Numbered from the stretch's first letter, positions 6,944 through 18,754 are shown. The stretch: 28,656 bases of DNA from Chthoniobacteraceae bacterium (GCA_037190965.1 JBBCKI010000035.1:1-28656), one strand, 5' to 3'. A program made the numbers and translations. Notes: generated from the sequence alone by a model not told the origin.

Positions 6944-8100
6944 AAAGGGGTAGCGGGAACCGGTGGAGCGCCTGAAGGCGTTTCAGAAGGGGGCGAAGCA
7001 AACTGTCGCTGCCAAACGTAACGGCGCAAGAGCACTTTTAAGGTCGCCGTCAGCGGCACCGCCAACAGCGCGCCGAGCAACCCTCCCACGAGCAGGGACC
7101 ACGCGAAGACGGAAACAATGATCGTCATCGGGTGCAATCCCACGGAGTCTCCCACGATGCGCGGGGCGATAAATAGGCCGTCAAGATTCGTTACCACGAA
7201 GAAAATGATCGTCACCCCCAGCGGGTGTTGCCAATCCTGGAACTGGGCGACGGCGATCAGCACGGCGGGAATCCAGCAGAGAAGCACTCCGACATATGGG
7301 ATCAACTGAAGGACGGCAACGGCCAGCCCGATCAGAAGGGCAAAAGGCAATCCCATGACCAGGAGGGCAATCGCCAAAAGCGTCCCGTCGATGATCGTGA
7401 CGAGGATCTGCCCGCGAAAAAATGCGATGAGGTAGCTGTTGATCTCGTTGAGGCAATCGATCACCTCATCCTTCAAGGGCGAGGCGCGCAACGGCAGATA
7501 TTCTCCCCAATGCTGGGAAATCGGGCCGGCATTGGAGAGAAAGAAATAAAGATAAACGGGCACAACGATCAGACCGAGAAAAAAACCGGCGGCCCCGAGA
7601 AACCCCTGAAACCCACCGGTAACGAATCCCCAGATTTTTGGCGGCAGCAACGGAAGTTGCGCTTGCAGCCATTCGGTCACCTGGTGGACATACGGATTGT
7701 CGCCGTGCAACTCATAATGTTGCTGAAGCTTCTGGATGACACCTTTACCCTTGGCGATCAGTTCGGGAATCTCTTTCCCGAAACTGAGGCTTTGCTGATA
7801 GATCTGCGGGACTACCCAGAACCCGATTCCGACCAAAGGGAGAAATACGAGGGCAAAAACGCAGAGAATCGCATGGGTTCGGTTCATCCCCCAGCTCACC
7901 CCTTTCTCCACCAGCGGATGCAGCAGATAAGCCAGAATCCCCGCCACGGCGATGGGAATCAGGATCGGTTGCAGAAACCCGAGCACTTTACCCATGCCCA
8001 AAATCAAAAAGACGGCCAGTGAGCCAATCGCGGTAACGGCCAGGCTGGTGAGCGAGGCCCAGATTACTTTCTTCTGCCAGGGAGTAGGATAACTCTTCAT
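6940..8100 (-). CDS. AI-2E family transporter
   Basis: Multi-TM protein with LAYLLHPLV, FFRGQ, IPYVG, PRIVGDSVGLHP, GLLGALLAVP motifs; start taken at MKSYPTPWQ (8100; ORF open to 8124). Confidence 0.93.
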   Translation of the reverse strand: MKSYPTPWQKKVIWASLTSLAVTAIGSLAVFLILGMGKVLGFLQPILIPIAVAGILAYLLHPLVEKGVSWGMNRTHAILCVFALVFLPLVGIGFWVVPQIYQQSLSFGKEIPELIAKGKGVIQKLQQHYELHGDNPYVHQVTEWLQAQLPLLPPKIWGFVTGGFQGFLGAAGFFLGLIVVPVYLYFFLSNAGPISQHWGEYLPLRASPLKDEVIDCLNEINSYLIAFFRGQILVTIIDGTLLAIALLVMGLPFALLIGLAVAVLQLIPYVGVLLCWIPAVLIAVAQFQDWQHPLGVTIIFFVVTNLDGLFIAPRIVGDSVGLHPMTIIVSVFAWSLLVGGLLGALLAVPLTATLKVLLRRYVWQRQFASPPSETPSGAPPVPATPL

Positions 8101-8237
8101 TGCGGTTCTCATCCAATTTGACACGACTTAGGCTCTCGAAAATCGCCATCCCCCGAAGAAGCGATTTTCCTTAGGGAATTACTGATTAAAGCGAGCGCTT
8201 TCATCATGCTCCATTTAATCAGCGGTTCCCCTAAACT

Positions 8238-8279
8238 AAAAAACACGGATTCGTGGGAATAATCCACACGAATCCGTGT
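8238..8279 (-). terminator. Rho-independent terminator of icd
   Basis: 13-bp stem acacggattcgtg / cacgaatccgtgt followed on the minus strand by a T run, about 20 nt after the icd stop. Confidence 0.8.
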
Positions 8280-8300
8280 AAGAGAAGGAATTACGCGTGC

Positions 8301-10571
<2,271 letters not shown>

Positions 10572-10699
10572 TTACCGCCTTGGTCAAAAGAGATGTTTGA
10601 CGATGTTGAAAGCCCCCCTGTGGTAACGAATTCCAGTTTCATTTTCGGCGGGCACATTGGATGCTTCTCAAGCAGCGATCCGCGCGCCATTGTCAGTTG

Positions 10700-10723
10700 A
10701 ACCCGAACTCCGGAGTTCGGGTT
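10700..10723. promoter_or_regulatory. Perfect 24-bp palindrome between divergent icd and cinA
   Basis: aacccgaactcc|ggagttcgggtt, ending 37 nt upstream of the cinA ATG; function unknown. Confidence 0.4.
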
Positions 10724-10760
10724 GAAAACGCGCACGGAATTATTTTTCAATACCACGCAC

Positions 10761-11996
10761 ATGAACGTTGAAGTCCTCAACACCGGCACCGAACTCCTCC
10801 TCGGGAGCATCACCAACACGCACCTCACCTATTTCGCCCACGCGCTTTTCCCGCTGGGGCTGCGGGTATCCCGGCAGACAACAGTGCCCGACGGCAACGC
10901 GATCCGCGAAGCTTTGGAGGATGCCATGACCCGCGCCGATATCATCCTCATCACGGGCGGCCTGGGGCCGACGACGGACGATCTCACACGGGACATGGTG
11001 GCCGAGTCGCTCGGGATCAAGCTGCTGAGAGACCCGGCGGTCGTCGAATCCATTACCCAACGCTTCGCGGCGCGCGGGCTCCAGATGATGGAGCGCAACC
11101 TGAGGCAAGCCGAAGTGCCCGAAGGCGCGATCGTCCTCCCCAACCCCAATGGCACCGCCCCGGGGCTCTACGTCCGGACGATCCGCGCCAACCGCCCCAT
11201 CCACCTCTTCCTGCTGCCCGGCCCGCCCCGGGAGCTTTACCCGATGTTTGAGGAACAGGTAGCGCCGATTCTGAGGACGCTCGCCCCCGGCTCCGCCCCG
11301 CAGCATTGCCGGACCTTTCACATCCTCGGCCTGGGAGAATCAAATGTGGAAGCCCTGGTGGGCGAACGGCTCCTCGCCATTCCGGGGCTGGAGCTCGGAT
11401 ACTGCTCGCGCCCCGGCGAAGTCGATGTCCGCTGCCTCGGCTCGGAGGAAGTCTTGGAAGCGGCGGAAAAGATTGTCGTCGAAGCGCTGGGCGACCGGAT
11501 CGCCGCCCGAGACAGCGTCAAACTTGAAGAGAGCGCGGTTGCCACCCTTACCGCCCGCCACCAGACGATCGCCACCGCCGAATCATGCACGGGAGGGCTC
11601 CTCGCGCACCGGATCACCAACATCCCGGGGGCTTCCGCCGTCCTTGTGGCCGGTTACGTCACCTATTCCAATGAGGCGAAATCGGTCGATCTCGGCGTGA
11701 ACCCGTTCCTCATCGAGACTCACGGGGCCGTCAGCGCCGAGACCGCTGCCGCGATGGCCGAGGGAGCCTTGCGCCGCTCGGGGGCGGACTGGGCGCTCTC
11801 CACCACCGGCGTCGCGGGGCCGGGAGGCGGCACGCCGCTCAAGCCGGTCGGCACGGTTTATATCGCGCTGGCGCACAGGGGCTCGCCGACAAGGGTGGAA
11901 TCGCATCACTTCAACCGCGACCGGGAGACCTTCAAAAACCTTGCGACCCACGCGGCCTTCGACCTGCTGCGTCGGGCCTTGGGCTGGAAGGGATAG
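10761..11996 (+). CDS. cinA: Competence/damage-inducible protein A (MoCF-biosynthesis-like domain + PncC NMN deamidase domain)
   Basis: GTELLLG..TNT, TGGLGPTTDDLTR, GTAPG, LPGPPREL, then AESCTGG, HGAVS, TGVAGPGGG..KPVGTVY; ATG at 10761. Confidence 0.96.
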   Translation: MNVEVLNTGTELLLGSITNTHLTYFAHALFPLGLRVSRQTTVPDGNAIREALEDAMTRADIILITGGLGPTTDDLTRDMVAESLGIKLLRDPAVVESITQRFAARGLQMMERNLRQAEVPEGAIVLPNPNGTAPGLYVRTIRANRPIHLFLLPGPPRELYPMFEEQVAPILRTLAPGSAPQHCRTFHILGLGESNVEALVGERLLAIPGLELGYCSRPGEVDVRCLGSEEVLEAAEKIVVEALGDRIAARDSVKLEESAVATLTARHQTIATAESCTGGLLAHRITNIPGASAVLVAGYVTYSNEAKSVDLGVNPFLIETHGAVSAETAAAMAEGALRRSGADWALSTTGVAGPGGGTPLKPVGTVYIALAHRGSPTRVESHHFNRDRETFKNLATHAAFDLLRRALGWKG

Positions 11997-12061
11997 GACC
12001 AACTATTCGGCGTCCATTAGGTTGACTCGTTCCGGATGATTCGTACTTTCAAGGCCTGATC

Positions 12062-12541
12062 ATGCCAAAACTCCTCCTTCTGGCTCTCTGGGTTGCTTGC
12101 ATGGCTCTTTTCTGCCCCAACCTTTTTGCAGAAAAGAAGTCAGACGAAATTCCCGTTTTCGGAGAGATCCAGTTTATCGAACTGCTGCAAAACCCGGAAG
12201 AACGTCAAAAATACGAGGGGAAGGTCATCGATCTGGTGGGCAACCTCTACTCGATGAACCGCCCCACCGAGGAGAAACCGAAGATCGAATTCATCGGATT
12301 TGGGAGGACTTATCAAACCAGTATCTACCGGGTGAGCTGCCAGCTTTCCGAACCCTTGACGCTTGCCGAGTTTGATCGCATCGCAAAATCGAGCTTCATC
12401 GTGGTGCGCGGCCACTGTTCCATCCAGACGAAAACCAAGGAAGTCGGGTCGGATGTTTGGTACGACTTTCTCGTCACCTTGAAAAAGGCGAGCATCCGGT
12501 TTTGGGAGCCCGAAAAACCGGCTGCCGAGGGGGAAAAATAA
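12062..12541 (+). CDS. Secreted hypothetical protein, possibly OB-fold (tRNA_anti-like)
   Basis: Signal peptide MPKLLLLALWVACMALFCPNLFA; N....KYEGKVIDLVG pattern resembles OB-fold exported proteins. Confidence 0.7.
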   Translation: MPKLLLLALWVACMALFCPNLFAEKKSDEIPVFGEIQFIELLQNPEERQKYEGKVIDLVGNLYSMNRPTEEKPKIEFIGFGRTYQTSIYRVSCQLSEPLTLAEFDRIAKSSFIVVRGHCSIQTKTKEVGSDVWYDFLVTLKKASIRFWEPEKPAAEGEK

Positions 12542-12593
12542 TTCGCCCTGTTCAAGCGGCGAAAACCGACTAATCTGCCCCCGCGCGCCTCCC

Positions 12594-13364
12594 ATGAAGA
12601 TTATCGCCATAGCGAATCAAAAAGGCGGGGTGGGAAAAACCACCACCGCCGTAAACCTCTCCGCCTGCCTTGCAACGCTCGGCAAGCGGGTGCTCCTGAT
12701 TGACCTCGACCCGCAGGCGAACGCCACCAGCGCGCTCGGTCTTGCCGGTCTGGAAGGGCAGAGCGCCTATCAGCCGCTCATTGGGGAGGCCAGCATCATC
12801 GAAAAAATCACTCCCACCCGGTTCGAACCGCTCTGGATCGTCCCTGCGGATCTCGATCTCGCCGGGGCAGAGGTCGAAGTCGCCCGGCAGGAAGACCATC
12901 TTTCCCGGCTGCGGATCGCCCTTGAACCGCTGCGGCGTGACAGCACGTTTGACTTCGTGCTGCTCGACTGCCCCCCTTCCCTCGGTATTCTAATGACCAA
13001 CGCGCTCGCCGCTGCCGACGAGATTCTCGTTCCGATCCAGTGCGAATACTTCGCGCTGGAGGGGTTGAGCAAGATTGCCGGAATCATCGACCAGATTCGG
13101 GAGTCCGGGGTGAACCCGGGGTTGATCCTCTCCGGCATCCTGATGACGATGTACGACTCCCGCACCAACCTGAGCCAGCAAGTGGTGGCGGAGGTGCGCA
13201 AGCACTTCGAAGGGACCGTCTACCAGACCATGGTCCCGCGCAGCATTCGACTCGGCGAGGCTCCCAGCTTTGGCAAAGCGATCATCGAGTACGACCCGGC
13301 GGGAACCGGTGCCACCGCCTACAAGGCGGTCGCCGAGGAGTTTTGCGCGCGACACTGCGTCTAG
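12594..13364 (+). CDS. parA: ParA/Soj family ATPase
   Basis: ANQKGGVGKTTT deviant Walker A, DLDPQANAT, DCPPSLG, PIQCEYFALEGL, EAPSFG. Confidence 0.95.
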   Translation: MKIIAIANQKGGVGKTTTAVNLSACLATLGKRVLLIDLDPQANATSALGLAGLEGQSAYQPLIGEASIIEKITPTRFEPLWIVPADLDLAGAEVEVARQEDHLSRLRIALEPLRRDSTFDFVLLDCPPSLGILMTNALAAADEILVPIQCEYFALEGLSKIAGIIDQIRESGVNPGLILSGILMTMYDSRTNLSQQVVAEVRKHFEGTVYQTMVPRSIRLGEAPSFGKAIIEYDPAGTGATAYKAVAEEFCARHCV

Positions 13365-13437
13365 TGTCCTGAATCAGAATTTCCCTCGTTCCCAAATTCT
13401 GTTTGGGAACGTCCGTGTCTTCGAAACTCCAGTTTCG
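13361..13437. repeat. REP-like double hairpin (family C), preceded by a possible IS/MITE-like end
   Basis: cgttcccaaa-ttctg-tttgggaacg (13387-13411) and cgaaact-cc-agtttcg (13422-13437); ctagtgtcctgaatcag at 13361 overlaps the parA stop. Confidence 0.55.
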
Positions 13438-13527
13438 CAACCCATCCGTTCCGGCACCTTGCTGGTGACGAGACACTCCCTATGCTGAACTTCATTGACT
13501 TTTCCCTGATCCGCCAGAGTGTTTTTC

Positions 13528-15990
13528 ATGGGGGTGGGGAACGATGTTGAGCGTTTGCCGGAGGCTGCCCGCCGCGTACTGGCAGAGCCGCCTGATTCCA
13601 CGGCATCCCGCCGCCGGTTGAAGCGGCGACTCCGTTTCTTCGCCCAAGCGGCCGCCCTGCTCCTGATTTTCTTCGGACTGGCCACATTGAGTGGCTCATT
13701 CCGTGGAAACCCTCTTCCTGGAATCTGGTTTCCCGGGGGAAAGTCCATTGCGAATTCCACAAGCCTCCTCGTCGTGACGGCGGGAATTTCCCTCTGGTTT
13801 TGGACAAGAAGACCGCTACGCAAGTGGGCTCGATGGACGGCCAGGATCTTCGGCTTCATTGTCTTTGTCAGTGGCATGACCTCGTTGGTCGAAACCTTCC
13901 TGGGGATCGATTTTGGGGTTGATCCGCTCTCCTTTCTCGACGTGAGCGGCATGCCGCAGGTGACGGTCCCTTCGTACGCCGCGGCCGCCCTCGCCGCGCA
14001 GGGACTGGCGCTCGTCTTTCTAGACCGGATCTTCAGCCGGCACAACCGTCCCGCCGAATACCTCGCGCTGCTGGGGGGGCTGCTCGGTTTCATCTCGCTG
14101 CTCAGTTACACCTACGGGCTGCAAGGAGATCAAACCTTTACCCAGGATGGCGAGATGTCCTTCCCTGCCTCCATTCTCATTTTGTTCCTCTCCTTCGGGA
14201 TCATTCTCGCCAAGCCAGCCGGGATCGTCGGTTCCATCTTTGCCAGTCCCGGGATGGCGGGCACCATGATCCGCCGGCTGGCCGTGGCGCTGACGCTGGC
14301 CCCTGCCCTGCTGGGATGGCTGCGGTTATTGGCCGAATCGAGGAGATGGGTCACCCAGGAACTCGGCGCGGCCCTTGCCGCAGGAGGCTATATCCTCATC
14401 TTCGGCACGATGATCCTCAGCCTGGGCTGGATGCTCCACCGTACCGAACGCCGCCGCCGCAACGCGGAACGCTTGCTTCTCTCAAGGGAAGGCGACGCAC
14501 GAGCGGCTTTCGAGTATGCCCCAAGGGGGATCGGTCAGATCGACTCCAACGGGCGCTGGCTTCGGATCAACAACCAGCTTTGCAAAATCTTCGGATACAG
14601 CCGGGGGGAGTTCATGGCGCTTACCCTCCCCGACATTCTGGCCCCGGATGACATGAAGGAATGCACAAAGAGCCTCGGACAGCTTCTCCGGGGCGAAATC
14701 TCTCAATTCTCACTGGAGAGCCGCTACCTCAAAAAAGAGGGCTCAGTCATCTGGTGCAACGTCACCGTCACCGTTCCTCAGAATATTCCCCGGTCCCGCC
14801 GCGCGTACGCCATCGCGGTGGTCGAAGACGTCACCGTGCGAAAACAGGCCCAGCTCGAGATTGCCCGACAAAAAGCCACCGCCGAAGCGGCCAACATGGC
14901 CAAGGATCGACTAATCTCGATCATTTCCCACGAACTCCGCACCCCATTGACTCCCGTTCTTGCGGCGATCTCCTCGGCTCCGATGGAAAACCTGAACGAC
15001 GAACAACGCAAGACGGTCCAGATGATGCGCCGCAATCTCGAACACGAAGTCTGCTTGATCGACGATCTGCTCGATCTGACCCGCGTCACCCACGGCAAAC
15101 TGCGCCTCAAACGCGTCCCCGTCGATCTCCATGCATTGATTACCGAAGTCTTCGAAGGCATCCGCCCTTCCTTGACGGAAAAGGGACTTTCCTCACGGCT
15201 TCTCCTTAACGCGGCGCGGCACAATGTCCGGGGCGATCCCGCGCGGCTCCGGCAGATCCTTCTCAACCTGCTCGACAATGCGAAGAAATTCACCCCGGCT
15301 GGCGGCTATATCACGGTCTCAACGAGTCAGAAAGGCAACCGCATCGTTACCCGGGTCCTCGACACCGGCGTCGGAATCGAGCCGAAGGTGATCGGGCGGA
15401 TCTTCGATGCGTTCGAGCAGGGCGAACAATCCATCCAGCGCCGGTTCGGCGGGCTGGGGCTTGGCCTTTCGATCAGCAGGGGGCTCGCCGAGGCCCATGG
15501 GGGATCTCTGCGCGTAGAAAGCCTCGGCTTGGGGCGCGGCTCGACCTTTATCTTCGAACTCATCGCCATCGATCAGCCCGCCACTGTTCCGACGCTTCGA
15601 CCCACGACGGAAAGCCGAGGCGTCAACGTCCTGCTGGTGGAAGACCATGAGGATACGCGAGTCACCCTTCACCGCTTGCTGGAGCGACGCGGGCACCATG
15701 TGGTTTCCGCATCCTGCCTTGCCGGTGCCCTGGAGCTTGCCCGGCGAGAGCCTCTCGACATCCTCATCAGCGACATAGGGCTGCCGGATGGCAGCGGACT
15801 CTCCCTTCCCAAAGCCGTTAACAAAGTCTGTGGCCATCCGATTCCCGGCATCGCCTTGAGCGGATTTGGCCGGGACGAGGATATTTCGCTCAGCTCCCAG
15901 GCGGGATTTGCGCGTCATCTTGTCAAGCCGGTGGAGGTCCAGACACTCATCGAAGCCATCCAGGAAACCGTTCCGCCAAAGGCCGCGTAA
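13528..15990 (+). CDS. Membrane-bound hybrid sensor histidine kinase/response regulator with PAS domain
   Basis: Multi-TM N-terminus, PAS (AFEYAPRGI...GRWLRIN), H-box SHELRTPL, N-box NLLDNAKKFT, DTGVGI, GGLGLGL, receiver LLVEDH...DIGLPD...KPV. Start at GTG 13519 or ATG 13528. Confidence 0.95.
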   Translation: MGVGNDVERLPEAARRVLAEPPDSTASRRRLKRRLRFFAQAAALLLIFFGLATLSGSFRGNPLPGIWFPGGKSIANSTSLLVVTAGISLWFWTRRPLRKWARWTARIFGFIVFVSGMTSLVETFLGIDFGVDPLSFLDVSGMPQVTVPSYAAAALAAQGLALVFLDRIFSRHNRPAEYLALLGGLLGFISLLSYTYGLQGDQTFTQDGEMSFPASILILFLSFGIILAKPAGIVGSIFASPGMAGTMIRRLAVALTLAPALLGWLRLLAESRRWVTQELGAALAAGGYILIFGTMILSLGWMLHRTERRRRNAERLLLSREGDARAAFEYAPRGIGQIDSNGRWLRINNQLCKIFGYSRGEFMALTLPDILAPDDMKECTKSLGQLLRGEISQFSLESRYLKKEGSVIWCNVTVTVPQNIPRSRRAYAIAVVEDVTVRKQAQLEIARQKATAEAANMAKDRLISIISHELRTPLTPVLAAISSAPMENLNDEQRKTVQMMRRNLEHEVCLIDDLLDLTRVTHGKLRLKRVPVDLHALITEVFEGIRPSLTEKGLSSRLLLNAARHNVRGDPARLRQILLNLLDNAKKFTPAGGYITVSTSQKGNRIVTRVLDTGVGIEPKVIGRIFDAFEQGEQSIQRRFGGLGLGLSISRGLAEAHGGSLRVESLGLGRGSTFIFELIAIDQPATVPTLRPTTESRGVNVLLVEDHEDTRVTLHRLLERRGHHVVSASCLAGALELARREPLDILISDIGLPDGSGLSLPKAVNKVCGHPIPGIALSGFGRDEDISLSSQAGFARHLVKPVEVQTLIEAIQETVPPKAA

Positions 15991-16046
15991 TTCAGGATAG
16001 TTTCCCATTGCGCGCGGGAGTGGGATCACCAACACTTGCCTCAGTC

Positions 16047-16424
16047 GTGAGTAAGAAGATCTACTACCAATGCCAGCGTTGCACCGCCTGTTGCCGCTGG
16101 CCCGGCTTTGTCCGGATCAAAGAGGAAGAGATTCCGGGGATGGCAACGCACCTCGGGCTGACTGAGGACGATTTCATCCAGCGCTACACCCGCCTGACTC
16201 CGCAGCGTAACGGGCTCGCCCTGATCGACAAGCCCAACGGCGAATGCTTCTTTCTCGAAGGCCGGGATTGTACGCTCCAGGCCGTCAAACCGATCCAGTG
16301 CACCGGATTCCCCAACACCTGGAACTTCCCCGGCTGGCGGGAAATCTGCGAAGCAATCCCCATCGATAAGGAGACCGGAGAGCGGATCCCGGAAACCGGA
16401 GAGAACGCGCTACCGCGCGAGTAA
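16047..16424 (+). CDS. YkgJ family CxxCxxCC cysteine-cluster protein
   Basis: CQRCTACC...CFFL...C......PIQCTGFP...C; GTG start at 16047. Confidence 0.9.
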   Translation: MSKKIYYQCQRCTACCRWPGFVRIKEEEIPGMATHLGLTEDDFIQRYTRLTPQRNGLALIDKPNGECFFLEGRDCTLQAVKPIQCTGFPNTWNFPGWREICEAIPIDKETGERIPETGENALPRE

Positions 16425-16431
16425 GCCGCGG

Positions 16432-16905
16432 CTATCTTTTTTTGCTGGGTGCGCCGAGAGTCGGATATTTTTTCTGGATCTTCTCGACTTCCTGCTGCGC
16501 CAGGCCGCTTGCGATCATGACGATGCCGTCGCTGACCCGGCGGTCGATGAGCACTGCCGTGACCACCCGCAGGTTCACGATGCTGACGAGCACCTTCCCA
16601 CGGTTTTCCACCGACATCGAATCAAGGACGATCCTGCCGTGCTCGGTCAGCTTGAAAGCGCACCCGAGCGTTCCATCCGCGGCCGGGAATGGATAGACCG
16701 CCGCAATATCGTGCTCGGAGATTTCCGGCACCTTTTTGATATAAGCCGGCCCCTGGGCGCTGCCTGCAGGCAATTTCATGACAAAGGGCGCGCCATCCTG
16801 CTCGTTGGCCTGGAGGTGGAAGCGGACGGTGATATCATTTTTCTTTTTGGCCGCGCCGAGGCAAAAAACCGCAAGAACCGGGAGGAGGAGATAGCGAAAT
16901 TGCAT
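16432..16905 (-). CDS. Exported protein resembling a stand-alone SecDF periplasmic (P1 head) subdomain
   Basis: ATG at 16905 gives signal-like MQFRYLLLPVLAVFCLGA; ISEHDI...FKLTEHG...LDSMSVENRGKVL..IVN..V.TA..I...DG..I.SG follows the SecD P1-head pattern. Confidence 0.65.
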   Translation of the reverse strand: MQFRYLLLPVLAVFCLGAAKKKNDITVRFHLQANEQDGAPFVMKLPAGSAQGPAYIKKVPEISEHDIAAVYPFPAADGTLGCAFKLTEHGRIVLDSMSVENRGKVLVSIVNLRVVTAVLIDRRVSDGIVMIASGLAQQEVEKIQKKYPTLGAPSKKR

Positions 16906-16972
16906 GTCCCTCAATGTGTGTCGGTGAAAAGCGATTTGCAACTCTCTCGCGCCTCGTTTACACAACTCGGCC

Positions 16973-17506
16973 ATGCGCTGTAGTACTCCTCTGGTTCTTA
17001 CCGTGGTGGCCGGGTTCTCCGTTATGCTGCTAAGCGGCTGTGGAACGACCTCGCGAGTGGCAAACCGTGCCTGGCATCTCCTCCCTTTTACCGGGGCGCA
17101 ACCCGAGGAGGGGCTAAAAAGAACGACCGCCACCCGAAAGGGAGACCTTGTTTTCAGGATGGAGCTTTCCCCGTTACCCGTGAAGCTCTCCGACGTCCGG
17201 CAGATCGCCGTGAAAATTTCGCTGGAGAACGTCTCCAAGCGGTTTGTGCAGTTGCAATTCCCCACCTCGCAGCGGATCGAGATTCTCGTCCGCGACGAGA
17301 AGAACAGACTTGTCACCCAATGGAGCGAGGACCGCGCCTACGAGCAGGTTCCCGGCTATGTGGGGATCAACCGCGGCGAACGGGTTGAATACGCCACCTC
17401 GATCTCCACTCGCGATCTCCAGGCAGGTAGAACGTACACCGTCCTTGGCTTCATGACCCATTACGAGGAACTCAGGAGCGAACAGGCGATTGTTCCCGAG
17501 CCGTAG
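16973..17506 (+). CDS. Lipoprotein with BsuPI (intracellular proteinase inhibitor-like) domain
   Basis: Lipobox LLSGC; LQFPTSQRIEILVRD......QWSEDRAYEQ matches the BsuPI F-x-S/T-x-Q...WS...Q pattern. Confidence 0.75.
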   Translation: MRCSTPLVLTVVAGFSVMLLSGCGTTSRVANRAWHLLPFTGAQPEEGLKRTTATRKGDLVFRMELSPLPVKLSDVRQIAVKISLENVSKRFVQLQFPTSQRIEILVRDEKNRLVTQWSEDRAYEQVPGYVGINRGERVEYATSISTRDLQAGRTYTVLGFMTHYEELRSEQAIVPEP

Positions 17507-17553
17507 TGAGCTAAAAGCAACCGCTTGATGAAGAAGGCACGGCCGAAGCAGCC

Positions 17554-17642
17554 GGTGCGGCAGCACCGGTAGCACGCTTGCGCCGTCGAGCGCGGGTATC
17601 GACTCCGTGTTTCATGAAGGCTGCATCCCAATCCCAACAGCC
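17554..17642. repeat. REP-like element (family A, third copy)
   Basis: ggtgcggcagcaccggtagcacgcttgcgccgtcgagcgcggg matches the reverse complement of 1955-1997 with 3 mismatches and continues like 1866-1914 (tatcg...tcatga.ggctgc...cagcc). Confidence 0.75.
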
Positions 17643-17672
17643 TGCGCCCCGATTCCGTTGCCGGTTTCAGAC

Positions 17673-18080
17673 TTAGTAATACGTTGTCTTATCGATGATC
17701 GAGGGGGCAGGCCCGCAGTCCTGCACAGGGCGGGCGTCCAGTGCCACCAGCCAGCATGGCTTGCAGGAGGGAGTTGCCACCAGATTGGGAGCGGCAACCG
17801 TAACGGGACGCCCGAGGGGATAACGAAATTCCAGCACGCAGGGGCGAAAGATCCGGCGTTCCACCGCCCGGAAGCGAAAGCCGCATTCCGTCTCGCACAC
17901 CGGGCCTTCGGCGATATACTCGGCGATGGGCCGTCCTTCGAAATCTGAGGTAACGACCCGCGAATACGGCGCGGGAGGTGGAACCACCAGGACCACCCGC
18001 CGCTCACAACAACACCCCGCGAGGAGAAGTCCCATCCCCGCCCATGAAAGAAATTGCAAAAATCGGGGGATCGCTTGCAT
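17673..18080 (-). CDS. Cys-rich putative lipoprotein
   Basis: ATG at 18080 gives MQAIPRFLQFLSWAGMGLLLAGCCC (lipobox); 9 Cys in 135 aa. Confidence 0.65.
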   Translation of the reverse strand: MQAIPRFLQFLSWAGMGLLLAGCCCERRVVLVVPPPAPYSRVVTSDFEGRPIAEYIAEGPVCETECGFRFRAVERRIFRPCVLEFRYPLGRPVTVAAPNLVATPSCKPCWLVALDARPVQDCGPAPSIIDKTTYY

Positions 18081-18211
18081 CGAAAGAGTTCGATTGTCGT
18101 CCCTCCCCCGCGTGCTAGAACCTTTAGAGCGTTTCAAGAAAGAGTAACCCAAATGTAAAAGAATTCGAAATTTCGGTTGGAACCGCTCCGGCTTCACAGA
18201 AGAAACTATGG

Positions 18212-18754
18212 ATGCCACCCACAGTTTCCACTCCGCTGCCAAAGCCAACCGCATACTCCTATATCCGGTTCTCCTCCGAGCAACTAAAGGGAGACAGCCT
18301 CCGCCGACAGACTGAAATCAGCAGAACCTACGCCGAAGAGCACGGGCTGACGCTGGACGAAAGCCTTCGGCTCCGAGACTTGGGGGTTTCTGCCTTCAGG
18401 GGCAAAAACTCCACAGAAGGACCCTCTGCGGCTTTCCGGACGCGGTTCGATCCGGGCGCGTTGTGCCTGGATCAATCTTGCTGGTTGAATTTCTTGACCA
18501 CCTCAGCCGAACCGAAATCACGGTTGCTCTGACCCAATTCCTGAACATCATCAATCCGGGGTGACGGTCGTAACCCTCATGGATCAAATGAGTTATAACT
18601 GGGAGGCCATCAACCAGAATCCCGGTTCGCTCATAATGTCGATGTCATCATGATCCGCGCTTATGAGGAGAGCCTCACCAAAAGCAAAAGACTCTCTCAG
18701 GCATGGCAATCAGGCCCGCGAAAGGGGCAGGCCGACTCCTCCGAATGGCCATGA
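18212..18754 (+). pseudogene. Degenerate serine recombinase (resolvase catalytic domain of a large serine recombinase)
   Basis: AYSYIRFSS..GDSLRRQ...DLGVSAFRGKN, then in shifted frames GSILLVEFLDHLSR, VTVVTLMD and IMIRAYEESLTKSKRLSQAW; at least 3 frameshifts and no C-terminal domains. Confidence 0.88.
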
